From IMG/VR virus record IMGVR_UViG_3300037692_000053, positions 1 to 37,747 of that record: a DNA stretch of 37,747 bases. One strand, written 5' to 3'. This document shows, in pieces, positions 26,483 through 35,516 of this stretch (within the stretch, counting starts at the first letter, position 1; each line of letters opens with the position of its first letter). The translations under genes and the position numbers were made by a program. This DNA comes from a virus (taxonomy: Duplodnaviria; Caudoviricetes). The notes beneath the pieces were generated by a model. That model worked only from the letters and a program-made list of their open reading frames with translations. It was not told where the DNA came from and ran no database searches.

Positions 26483-26752
26483 ATGACTACAGATATTTAT
26501 GTACACGTGGAATATGATATAGTTAAAGATTTATTTAAGGTAGATTCAAATACTAGAGAACCTAAAGATATCATAATGAATTTTATAAGAATTCAAATGG
26601 GGGCAGGTAAAGATAACACACCTGCTAATATACAAGATATTTATAATATAAAAGTTCATCTTGATCTATCAGAAGATATCTTTACCTGTACTTATGACTG
26701 TGGTAATAAGGAATTAAGAGAAGGAATATTAATGAGATATGTAGAATCTTAA
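26483..26752 (+). CDS. AT-rich hypothetical protein, last gene of rightward arm
   Basis: 89 aa, AAGGAG RBS; stop overlaps the convergent stop (TTAA). Confidence 0.7.
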   Translation: MTTDIYVHVEYDIVKDLFKVDSNTREPKDIIMNFIRIQMGAGKDNTPANIQDIYNIKVHLDLSEDIFTCTYDCGNKELREGILMRYVES

Positions 26753-29700
26753 AACCCCTCAGTACTGAGTCCTCCTTCTAGTCCTCCATCTAACTGTGGT
26801 GGCCTAGGAGGAGTTCCCTTACCAGCCTTCACATATATGCCAAGTAGGATCTCATACCAATCTCCACCATTACTACTAGTCCTTATACTCTTCGCAATCT
26901 GATTGGTCATAGGAATTCCGAATCCCAATCCCAATACCTTACCAACTAATAGTTTGGTCTGCAACTTCTCCTTATCAGTCATATACTCCCAGTCCAAACT
27001 CTTCACTGCAGCCTCTAATGCTTCAGGTGCCTGAGTTGCCAATTCCCCTAACGGACCTAATAAACTAGTACTATACTTAGCACTACCACCAATGATAGGA
27101 ATGACTTCCAAAAATTCCATCATGGCCTTAGCCACAGCTGTCCTATCAGAATCCCCTTCACCTTTACTTTCCCCAAACGCTTGAATAGGTGAAGGATTCG
27201 GAGCATCTATTCCGGCCAACTGAAATGTCATATTGACCAACGCAGCACCTGTTAAATATCTGAGTACTCTCTTAGTCTGTACAGTCTTAGTTATGTCTGG
27301 ATTCTTAATCCCCAATAGATCCCGTGCAATGAAGTTAAAATCAGCTATAGCATACGTCTGCAACATCGTCAGCCACTTCACACTACTTACGCTCTGTATA
27401 GGACTCACCGCACCCCTGATTCCTGCACCCTGAGTTTTCATAACTAAGTCATCTGCCCACTGCACAGCCTTCCCTTCATCCAACTTCAGAACCCTCTTAG
27501 CATACCCATACCCTGCATTCCATCCACTCTCTGCTACCATAGCATCAACAAAGTTCATTGGGGCAGAAGTAATATCATAAGCCATTTTCCTCACACCTAC
27601 CACCTTACCCAGGCTCATAGCCTCAGCTATCTCGGTCAGGATTAACTCGGCACTTCTTACACTAAGTACATTAGATTTCAGTGCTGCTTCAGTCTTTCCT
27701 CTAAGCATGGGTTTCTCTAACATCATCTTACCCACGCCACTAATAACATCCCTAAATGTAGTAAGACTAGCAACTCCCTTGAGTGCCGTCGGCTGAACCA
27801 TTACTGTGCGGAGATTCCCAAAGATCATACCTGCTACTACATTTTTATGTAGGGTGGAGAATCCTCTAGCCACCGTAGGCAACTTTGAGGTGAGTGCAGC
27901 AGTTGAAGGATCAATACCTAAAATTTCATCTGACCATTCCAACAAAAGTTTTCCTAATCCAGGATTCCTGTCCATCAACCTGAAACCTTTCTTTAACTTC
28001 ACCCCTTTCACCTTCACAGGCCCAACCGCAGCTTCCTTCGCCAGTGCTGCAATTGGTGCTACATGAATCTCCTTCATGGCATAGCCCATGTAAGTCTCGA
28101 AGGCATTAAATATGTCTAATTCTAGGGGAATATCTGTAATCTTCCTTGGCTTATCGAATGGAAAGAAAGTTCCTTTAAAGTTCTGCAATGCTCCGTTAAT
28201 CTTCGAAGGTGGGGCAGTCAACAATGAGTCGTTGACTCCAGCTTTCCTTAGAGCATTCTGCTTGTGAATAAATGGGAAGTAATTATCTAATTTCGGCAGG
28301 GGCTTAAGTCCTATATGACTCCTAACATAATTAATTCTATCCCACAACTTATCATACCTCTCCCTCATCTGTGTAATGACCTCAGCCATCTTAGGTGTTA
28401 AGGGTGGAATCTCTTTAATCCCATCAGCAGCCAATGCACTTAATCCACCCTTCTGATCTGCAATAGCATTGATGGACACAGCGCGGCGTTCCTCAGTGGT
28501 GAGGGTCTTAGCAAAGTCCTTAACCTCCTTCACCACAACCCTACGTTCTTTCTCAGAATCTGTTAACTTAGCTAACCACTTATCAAAAAACTCTTCCTTA
28601 ACTCCCTTACCATATCTCTCAAATGCATGAATACGGGTCTCAGTTCCTGCCATGAACTTACCCAATGGACTCGTCCCCCACTCTAACTTACGTGCGGAGT
28701 GAATTGCCTGAAATGTTTTAGCTGTCAGTGGTACATTCTTACGCCCCTTACTATTAGTACTGTTTCTATGCATCACTACAGTACTGGGATCAGGATTAAT
28801 GATCCCTTCAATAATAGGATCAGCTTTCCTAACTTCATCCTGCATTTGTGGTAGCTGCAACATCTGCTCCATTATCTTCCTTGCAGTCTCAGGTTCCACT
28901 CCTATCATATCCAGCATTTCTTCTACTGACTTACCTAGGGACTTAGCCTTCTCCTCAATCCGTTTAAGCTTATCCGCTGCAATCTTAAGGTCCGTAACAT
29001 CTACAGAACCTCTCTCATTATTAAACACATCCCACAGATTCCTAGTACCAGTATCACTAAGTTCCCAATAAGGAGAATCTTCATCAGTAAGACGTTCTGT
29101 GCTTCGATCTCTCTTACCACCTTCTCCAACTTCTTCCAATGAGTCCCAGGCATAATCTTCTAGCTCCTTAAATTCAGGTTCTATATACCAACGTTTGGTC
29201 AACGGATCTTGCGTAGGTCTACCCAACGTTCCAGTTTCTGCAGCGTACTCAACCAGCTCTTCGTAAGTTTTAAAAGTTGCATACTTATCATCTACAATGG
29301 CAAGGTCTGATTCCTTCATAGGTGTCTTTGTTTGATGCTTTTGTACTATATTAAAATCTTTCTTATTAAATACTCTGATAACACTAGCCCCATCTTCAAC
29401 TTGCCAATTACCTTTATAACCTAGATCCTCCAAAGTAAACTTGCTAGCAGGTCTTTCATATACAGCATAGTTACCATCTTCTAAAGACTTCCTTAACATA
29501 CCTTCATTAATAATATTATACTTCTTTTTATATTCCTTAATAAAAGCTTCTACATGTTCAGGATTCCTAGCATCAAATATTTTATCTTTGGGTATTTTTA
29601 CTTCATGAATATTCTTACCAAATTTACTTGCTACTTTAGGATCTTCTGTAGCAAAATATCCTCTATGTCCATCAGGCATATCAGCAGAAGATTTAAGTCT

Positions 29701-31278
29701 AACATTATTACCATGGTATAAGGTATAAGAATTTTCCTGCGTTAAATTATTAAACGCAGCATCCTCATTCAACTTCTCTACCTTCTTAGTCTTCCACTGT
29801 GAATACATCTGCTGAAGGTCTTGAGCTGTACGTGCCTTAACTTTAGGAGTCTCAGGAACTTTAGTCTCCTCTGCCAACTTCTCAGCAGCTTTCCTCTCCT
29901 CCAACTTCTGCTTAAGATCACTTCTGATTTGACGTAAGTCTTGTTCCTTCACAAAATTCAGAGGAAGTACTGGAGTCTCAATCGTTGGGAGACCCTTAGG
30001 TTCTAACAACATTTCTGGTGAAGCCTGTCCTACATACTTCTCCGCTACTTGTTCTCTACTCAGAACAGGTTCCTTAAGAGCTGAAGTAATCTTATCAAAT
30101 TTAGTCTTAACTTCAACTGGGTCTGTAGTCAGGGTTTGAAAATTTCCTTTAGTCTCTCCATCTCGCCATTCATGAACAGTGATTTCTCCAATCTTGTTGG
30201 GTCCCAGATATTCCATCTGAGGAGAAATTTCCCTACCTACCTCCTCAGGAGTTTTAATCTGCTCAACTGGTTTAAGTCCTTCTTGAACTTCCTCAACAGG
30301 TAGAATCTCTGAAGGTTTATTAACTTGATTAATATCCTGTAATATAGGAGCCTGAGCATCTCGTTCCTCCTTAAGTTTCTGAACTAACTTACGCACCTTA
30401 CCTTCGGCCTTAGATATCTTATTCATATCCAGAGTCCCAATATCTTCACCATGGTCCCTTACCACGTCTAGGGCTTTCTGATAAGAAGCTCTCCTAGGAC
30501 CCGTCCTCTTGTCTACTTCCTTCTGTAACCCTTCCAAGATGAATTGATTCTCAGGAAACTTAGCAACAGGAACTTCACCCTTCTTAACTTCTGGCTTAAG
30601 TTTTCCTACTTGACTCAACACATCTGTAAGTATATCAGGTTTAACATCAGGAGTAGCAACTTTAACTTCTTCAATCTCCTTCGGAGTTAGTTTCTCCCCT
30701 CTCTTAATCTTCTTAGCCACATGAGGCAATCCTACCAGAGCTGAATCAAACACAAACTGACCTGCCTTAACTTGTTCATCTGAGCCCCCTAGGGCCTTAA
30801 CTCCAGTCTCAATTCCTTCATGTGCAACTGTAAATGGACTAGCTGCAACTTCAGCCACAGTCTGACCAAATCTACTCTTAGGTTTAAATGAGAAGGATTC
30901 CATAAAGGAGTCCATCCCCTCCTTCGCTGCAGCCAAGCCGGCTGTAGGTTTACCTGCTAATACACCTCCCAATACAGTTGGAGCTTGACTAAGTACAGCA
31001 GGGATGAAACTCGCAGCACCACTAATCACTGCACCAGGCCCTTCAACAAGTCCCTGAGCCACATCAGCACCCTCTCTAAGCAGGGTCTGTCCAGCTTCCT
31101 TTAACATCGGAACTAAATCTCTTGTCTGGGGGACATCGACAGAGGGGTTAGTAGATGTTAATTGAGGAATAGGTTGCTGGACAGATTTATCTATTCCGCT
31201 CTCCGTAGGAGCACTATACTTCTGCCAAGGACTTACACCTTCACTTTCTTTATTATACTTCTCCCACGGATTACTCAT
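26749..31278 (-). CDS. Large internal virion/ejection (polyvalent) protein with ADP-ribosyltransferase-like domain
   Basis: 1509 aa; PWEKY/PWQKY N-terminus; internal LYHG...GYFATED...FG...IFD...LGYKG...IRVF; last of the ejection-gene cluster. Confidence 0.75.
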   Translation of the reverse strand: MSNPWEKYNKESEGVSPWQKYSAPTESGIDKSVQQPIPQLTSTNPSVDVPQTRDLVPMLKEAGQTLLREGADVAQGLVEGPGAVISGAASFIPAVLSQAPTVLGGVLAGKPTAGLAAAKEGMDSFMESFSFKPKSRFGQTVAEVAASPFTVAHEGIETGVKALGGSDEQVKAGQFVFDSALVGLPHVAKKIKRGEKLTPKEIEEVKVATPDVKPDILTDVLSQVGKLKPEVKKGEVPVAKFPENQFILEGLQKEVDKRTGPRRASYQKALDVVRDHGEDIGTLDMNKISKAEGKVRKLVQKLKEERDAQAPILQDINQVNKPSEILPVEEVQEGLKPVEQIKTPEEVGREISPQMEYLGPNKIGEITVHEWRDGETKGNFQTLTTDPVEVKTKFDKITSALKEPVLSREQVAEKYVGQASPEMLLEPKGLPTIETPVLPLNFVKEQDLRQIRSDLKQKLEERKAAEKLAEETKVPETPKVKARTAQDLQQMYSQWKTKKVEKLNEDAAFNNLTQENSYTLYHGNNVRLKSSADMPDGHRGYFATEDPKVASKFGKNIHEVKIPKDKIFDARNPEHVEAFIKEYKKKYNIINEGMLRKSLEDGNYAVYERPASKFTLEDLGYKGNWQVEDGASVIRVFNKKDFNIVQKHQTKTPMKESDLAIVDDKYATFKTYEELVEYAAETGTLGRPTQDPLTKRWYIEPEFKELEDYAWDSLEEVGEGGKRDRSTERLTDEDSPYWELSDTGTRNLWDVFNNERGSVDVTDLKIAADKLKRIEEKAKSLGKSVEEMLDMIGVEPETARKIMEQMLQLPQMQDEVRKADPIIEGIINPDPSTVVMHRNSTNSKGRKNVPLTAKTFQAIHSARKLEWGTSPLGKFMAGTETRIHAFERYGKGVKEEFFDKWLAKLTDSEKERRVVVKEVKDFAKTLTTEERRAVSINAIADQKGGLSALAADGIKEIPPLTPKMAEVITQMRERYDKLWDRINYVRSHIGLKPLPKLDNYFPFIHKQNALRKAGVNDSLLTAPPSKINGALQNFKGTFFPFDKPRKITDIPLELDIFNAFETYMGYAMKEIHVAPIAALAKEAAVGPVKVKGVKLKKGFRLMDRNPGLGKLLLEWSDEILGIDPSTAALTSKLPTVARGFSTLHKNVVAGMIFGNLRTVMVQPTALKGVASLTTFRDVISGVGKMMLEKPMLRGKTEAALKSNVLSVRSAELILTEIAEAMSLGKVVGVRKMAYDITSAPMNFVDAMVAESGWNAGYGYAKRVLKLDEGKAVQWADDLVMKTQGAGIRGAVSPIQSVSSVKWLTMLQTYAIADFNFIARDLLGIKNPDITKTVQTKRVLRYLTGAALVNMTFQLAGIDAPNPSPIQAFGESKGEGDSDRTAVAKAMMEFLEVIPIIGGSAKYSTSLLGPLGELATQAPEALEAAVKSLDWEYMTDKEKLQTKLLVGKVLGLGFGIPMTNQIAKSIRTSSNGGDWYEILLGIYVKAGKGTPPRPPQLDGGLEGGLSTEGF
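29734..29762. repeat. 29-bp dispersed palindrome copy 9 (intragenic)
   Basis: TTCCTGCGTT-AAATTATTA-AACGCAGCAT, read on the minus strand as DAAFNNLTQE. Confidence 0.85.
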
Positions 31279-32030
31279 TACATTTTCTCCCAGTTGTTTG
31301 GATCAGCAGGATTGCCACCCTTGAATTTATACCCACTATCAACAGTGCCTACAGGAGGGGTACCACCAGGATCAGCACCTGCCTCCTTAGACTCTTTCGG
31401 CACCTTGACTAATTCCTTCTTACCTGTAAAAGGAACCTTCCAACTTCCAATAGTCAAAGGTGGTGTGACCTGCTCAACAAACTCTGCTTCTGGATTCTGC
31501 TTGTTATACAAATCCTTATACACCTGTAGGGTCTCAGAATCAACTTCTCTCCCAGCAACTTTACCAGTTTGCAGCACAGTTTCATACCCAGCTAACTTAC
31601 TATCCCTAGCATTTAACTTATCACCCAACAGTACATCTCGTAGCATAGCAGTATTAGGATCTTCTATAGCTCCCCATCCTGCAGGAGGCGGATTGTTACC
31701 AGTAAAATATCTAGGTAAACCATCAGGACTTTGAAACCATCTGCCACCAGGATCTGCTCCTCCACCTACTGGAGCCTTATAAGCATCAACCTGTCCTACT
31801 ACTTCACCGTTAACTATACGATCTTTAACTAACTTCCCATCCTTAACATACTCAGAACTAAGAGTTGTTGTTGGCCGTTGTGCAGCAGCTTCAGGTCGAT
31901 TCATCAATTCTAACAACCTCAGTTGTCTATCCTTCTCCTGATCCAACTCCCTACCTTTTAGTGCCCTAATATCAGTCGCTCCTCCCAACAACATACTTAA
32001 ACTCTTCGCGTCTAGCCCTCTTAGGTCCAT
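31278..32030 (-). CDS. Putative internal virion/ejection protein
   Basis: 250 aa; C-terminal GTVDSGYKFKGGNPADPNNWEK motif; position in cluster. Confidence 0.65.
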   Translation of the reverse strand: MDLRGLDAKSLSMLLGGATDIRALKGRELDQEKDRQLRLLELMNRPEAAAQRPTTTLSSEYVKDGKLVKDRIVNGEVVGQVDAYKAPVGGGADPGGRWFQSPDGLPRYFTGNNPPPAGWGAIEDPNTAMLRDVLLGDKLNARDSKLAGYETVLQTGKVAGREVDSETLQVYKDLYNKQNPEAEFVEQVTPPLTIGSWKVPFTGKKELVKVPKESKEAGADPGGTPPVGTVDSGYKFKGGNPADPNNWEKM

Positions 32031-32047
32031 CCCACCATCAGATGGAG

Positions 32048-32566
32048 CTACCCCAAAAGGGCTTTGGGAAAAGGGACAGAGTGTCCTCCTGTTTGTGTAG
32101 AGTTTGTTTGCATTTCAGCAAGTTGATTAGTTCCAAACTTTTGTACATTTGGACTATTCTTAATCGTAGTAGTAGTTCCGGTCGGACTAACAGAAGTTGT
32201 AAGACCATCAATCCCATCTTGACCCACCGGAGTAACACCTTTAAAAGTGTCCATGATATTCTGAAGTCCTGGATTAGAAGTCTGTTGTTGCTGGTAAGGT
32301 TGTACTCCTTGCAGCATCCCCTGTCCACCACCTAAAGTCTGCTGAAGGTTTACAGGCATCTGAGTACTTGCAGCATTCTGAGGATTCCCTCCTCCCAACA
32401 ACTGTCTCAACAACTGCTCAGTTGAATTTTGCCCCTGAACATTTTGAATAATTTGCGAAGGATCTAACGCCTCACCTACTGATCCACCCCTACCCAACGT
32501 ACTCCCTGCTTGACCTAACAGTTGAAGAAAGTTAGGATTTTGTAACAACTCTGTAAATCCAGCCAT
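32048..32566 (-). CDS. Putative internal virion protein (Q/G-rich)
   Basis: 172 aa, low complexity, GGAG RBS. Confidence 0.65.
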   Translation of the reverse strand: MAGFTELLQNPNFLQLLGQAGSTLGRGGSVGEALDPSQIIQNVQGQNSTEQLLRQLLGGGNPQNAASTQMPVNLQQTLGGGQGMLQGVQPYQQQQTSNPGLQNIMDTFKGVTPVGQDGIDGLTTSVSPTGTTTTIKNSPNVQKFGTNQLAEMQTNSTQTGGHSVPFPKALLG

Positions 32567-32573
32567 AATTTAC

Positions 32574-32602
32574 TCCCTGTGTTTAATAATTTAACATAGC
32601 AA
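32574..32602. repeat. 29-bp dispersed palindrome copy 10
   Basis: TCCCTGTGTT-TAATAATTT-AACATAGCAA; outer bases double as the GGGAG RBS of 32048..32566. Confidence 0.85.
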
Positions 32603-32603
32603 T

Positions 32604-33488
32604 TTATGCAAAGGCTCCAGCCAATCCACCTATAACAGCACCAGCTACAGCCCCAATAGCTGTACCTACCACAGGAACAGCACTACCTACTGTAGCCCCC
32701 ATTGCAGCACCACTCAATGCACCTCCTAAAACTTTAGTAGAAGTACTAGGACCTCCATCACCTGCAACGGACTTAGAAGTCTGTGCCGCTTGCATGGCTC
32801 CAAGTGCTGCTCTCTCATGATCAAGTACGGTGAATGGCCAAAGAGTATTCTTTGCATACATGGCATACTTCTGTTCATTAATATCTAAAGTCCCAGCCAT
32901 ATACATCTGTACTGTTTGTGCATACATCTGAACAATTCCCTTATTCCATTCCAAGGTAGTCTTCCATCTATCAAGGGCCACTGGAATCATAGTATACTTA
33001 AGTCCTGCACTAAATTTACTCAATGACTTAACTCGGGAAATCTCAATGTTAGACTTACCTATAACAAATGTACTACTCATAACAGCATTAAGATCCCTGG
33101 CACCAGTCATAAGACGTGGATAAGAGTTGACCTCAATCTCTTCATCCATCAACTTACCCTCAGCTACAACTAGGGCCTTGATCTCAGCCGAGTTAACAGT
33201 CTCAGTAAATATATCTGAGTACAACTTATCTACATTCACATCCTGCATGTAGGTCTTATGCTTACCAAACATAGACCCATATGCAGCTATAGACATTCCA
33301 GCACCGAGAAAAATACTATTAACATCCAGGGGTGTAAATACTTTAAACGGAGAACTTCCTATAATCTTATCCCTATGAGCAACAATAAGATCTAAAAACT
33401 TCGTATGCTTAGCTTCTACATAAGGAGCGTATCTGATTGTATTAGTCTGGTTCCCACTACTACTCCCTCCTCCACCACTACTACCCAT
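32604..33488 (-). CDS. Putative ejection/pilot protein with glycine zipper
   Basis: MGSSGGGGSS start; C-terminal GGALSGAAMGATVG...AIGAVAGAVIGGLAG. Confidence 0.7.
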   Translation of the reverse strand: MGSSGGGGSSSGNQTNTIRYAPYVEAKHTKFLDLIVAHRDKIIGSSPFKVFTPLDVNSIFLGAGMSIAAYGSMFGKHKTYMQDVNVDKLYSDIFTETVNSAEIKALVVAEGKLMDEEIEVNSYPRLMTGARDLNAVMSSTFVIGKSNIEISRVKSLSKFSAGLKYTMIPVALDRWKTTLEWNKGIVQMYAQTVQMYMAGTLDINEQKYAMYAKNTLWPFTVLDHERAALGAMQAAQTSKSVAGDGGPSTSTKVLGGALSGAAMGATVGSAVPVVGTAIGAVAGAVIGGLAGAFA

Positions 33489-33498
33489 AACATTCTCC

Positions 33499-33927
33499 TT
33501 ATATATTTACAGAATAATTCTTACTTCTTTCACTCATCCCGTAACGTTCAGCCAGTTGCACAATCCTTGGATTCATTGTAGTCATACAAATCTCTGTACA
33601 ATTCATCTTCTTCGCATACTGATAGACAGCTGTAGATTCCTTGACCCAACTCTCCTCTGTACCCAACACAAATGAGTACATAGTCCTGAACACCATCTTC
33701 TTTACCTTACTTATTATATCATACATGAAGGAGACAATTAGGATTCTCAATATCTTACCATCCTCTACACTCATAATACACTGAGCTTTGTCATTCAACA
33801 GATCCAGCAATAAGTTCACACTATACTCTGGCACATCCTTCTCCTGCACCATATCTGCCTTAACCGCTGAGAACTTAATACTTTCCCAATGATCTTTAAT
33901 TTGTGTAGAAGCTAACTTAACTATCAT
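33499..33927 (-). CDS. GNAT-like virion assembly protein (P22 gp14/T7 gp13 position)
   Basis: 142 aa; YAKKMNC.EI...T...R....AERYG pattern; lies between nozzle and ejection genes. Confidence 0.55.
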   Translation of the reverse strand: MIVKLASTQIKDHWESIKFSAVKADMVQEKDVPEYSVNLLLDLLNDKAQCIMSVEDGKILRILIVSFMYDIISKVKKMVFRTMYSFVLGTEESWVKESTAVYQYAKKMNCTEICMTTMNPRIVQLAERYGMSERSKNYSVNI

Positions 33928-33944
33928 CTCATCCCCCCCCCCTG

Positions 33945-35156
33945 TTACTTAATAGTTATAGTGTCCAAGAAACTGAATCCATGCACTACACCGTTGATAG
34001 TTATGGATTCTATCTTCTGAATCTCGCCTTTAAATTTAAATCTAAACTCCCTACCAAAGCAGGGTAAGTGGACAACTCCAAAGGGATTAACATATTTCCA
34101 AGGTGTAGATACAAATTGATCCTTAACTTTGATTCTGTACTCAATCGCAGCTTGGAGTTCTGTAGGATCATCTACCTCAACAATTAACTCAAATATTGTC
34201 TTTTCCTTCGGAGTTCCCATATCATAAGTATCTGTGACAATACTAAAGGTGGGAATCTCTATCTCTCCTGGAGCTACCACAAACATAGTATGATCTTGCC
34301 ATTTAATTCCTGTGACATTATTAGGTCCGACTCCAAAACTATCAGAATCCTCCGAGTAGATGAAACCCTTAACACCATTACAAATATATATTAACTTATT
34401 ATAGCTGTCATAAGACATTACTATATCATCTACATCTAAAAGAAATTCAGAATACCCTAGCTTAGTTACAATATTATCCAGAGAAATTTTATAAAGACTA
34501 TTATTGTTAGCTACAAAATAATGAGCATCTCCAGTATTCACCAGGGCATGCTTGCTCTTAATCCCAATATTGGCAACTCTCTTACTTCCCCAGTAAACTC
34601 CACTGGCACTTAGCCTGACAATCCCGTTAGCCCCGTACACATAAACAATTTCTGAATTCCCTAACCTCTCAATTCCATAAACATACCCATTAAAATCTAT
34701 AGGCATCTTACCTGCAACATTATCCTTACCAATATTAAAATCAAGTGCACCTATGTTTGACCATGCTACTGCATTCTCATCTGGATGCTCCAACGTGTAG
34801 AAAGCCTGAGCTTTAAATCCCTGTCTGTTGGGCCCTCTTGCAATAATTAAAGGATTAGTAAATACAGAATAACTCCCAAATCCTAATCCTGAATAGAGAG
34901 TTGTTCCGAATTCGTCAAAGTTACCATACGCACCTATGCCAATTCCAGGAACATACTTATCTGCTTCAAATCTTAAATCGATAAGTATGTCTAGGTCTGG
35001 AATTCTAAACTTAGTATGATAAGAACTAAATACTGCATGACCTCGGAGAATCATAACAGATTTACTTCTGGAAATATTAGCCTGGACTTCAGCAGAATAA
35101 ACTCCTAACTTTTTATCTCCGAGTATATAACTTCCTAGAAGAATATTTCCAAGCAT
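33945..35156 (-). CDS. Tail nozzle / tubular protein B-like (possibly C-terminal part only)
   Basis: Beta-propeller-like VAWSNIG..., VYGANGI, HYFV; C-terminal GREFRFK. Confidence 0.6.
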   Translation of the reverse strand: MLGNILLGSYILGDKKLGVYSAEVQANISRSKSVMILRGHAVFSSYHTKFRIPDLDILIDLRFEADKYVPGIGIGAYGNFDEFGTTLYSGLGFGSYSVFTNPLIIARGPNRQGFKAQAFYTLEHPDENAVAWSNIGALDFNIGKDNVAGKMPIDFNGYVYGIERLGNSEIVYVYGANGIVRLSASGVYWGSKRVANIGIKSKHALVNTGDAHYFVANNNSLYKISLDNIVTKLGYSEFLLDVDDIVMSYDSYNKLIYICNGVKGFIYSEDSDSFGVGPNNVTGIKWQDHTMFVVAPGEIEIPTFSIVTDTYDMGTPKEKTIFELIVEVDDPTELQAAIEYRIKVKDQFVSTPWKYVNPFGVVHLPCFGREFRFKFKGEIQKIESITINGVVHGFSFLDTITIK

Positions 35157-35162
35157 AATTTC

Positions 35163-35516
35163 TTATCCGTTAATAAGTTTACTGTTATGTGATTGAGTCA
35201 TAAGACATATCATATGCTGAAGCATCTTATCAGGTTTAGGCTCCACCTTACCATCATTAACTTCACACAAACCATTTCTGAGACTCTCAGTAGCTTGCTG
35301 ATTTCCTTCAAGGAAGCGGAGCATTTTCAAACTAATATCATACGACAGTAGGTCCATACAAGCCTTAACAATTAAAGGTTCCTTTCCCTCAGGAGTATCA
35401 TAAAGTTGTTCGAGCCAAGCTATGCAACCCTCCTCACCATCCCAACACTTCTGAGGACACCCTGACTTTCTGAACTTATAAATATTCCTAATACATGGAG
35501 GATTAATCTTAGTCAT
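35163..35516 (-). CDS. Cys-containing tail-fibre-associated protein
   Basis: CP...CIAW...C...E.....ESLRN pattern; downstream of the fibre gene. Confidence 0.6.
   Translation of the reverse strand: MTKINPPCIRNIYKFRKSGCPQKCWDGEEGCIAWLEQLYDTPEGKEPLIVKACMDLLSYDISLKMLRFLEGNQQATESLRNGLCEVNDGKVEPKPDKMLQHMICLMTQSHNSKLING

Noticed and set aside
3771-32602. 29-bp palindromes as intrinsic terminators
   Set aside because: Stems are AT-rich with A-C mismatches and no U-tract. One copy is intragenic, and copy 6 has a separate hairpin next to it.
32574-32602. Palindrome as an Xer dif site (minus strand contains TATGTTAAAT)
   Set aside because: The XerD-like string points toward the centre rather than outward, there is no XerC arm with a 6-bp spacer, and ten copies would be atypical.
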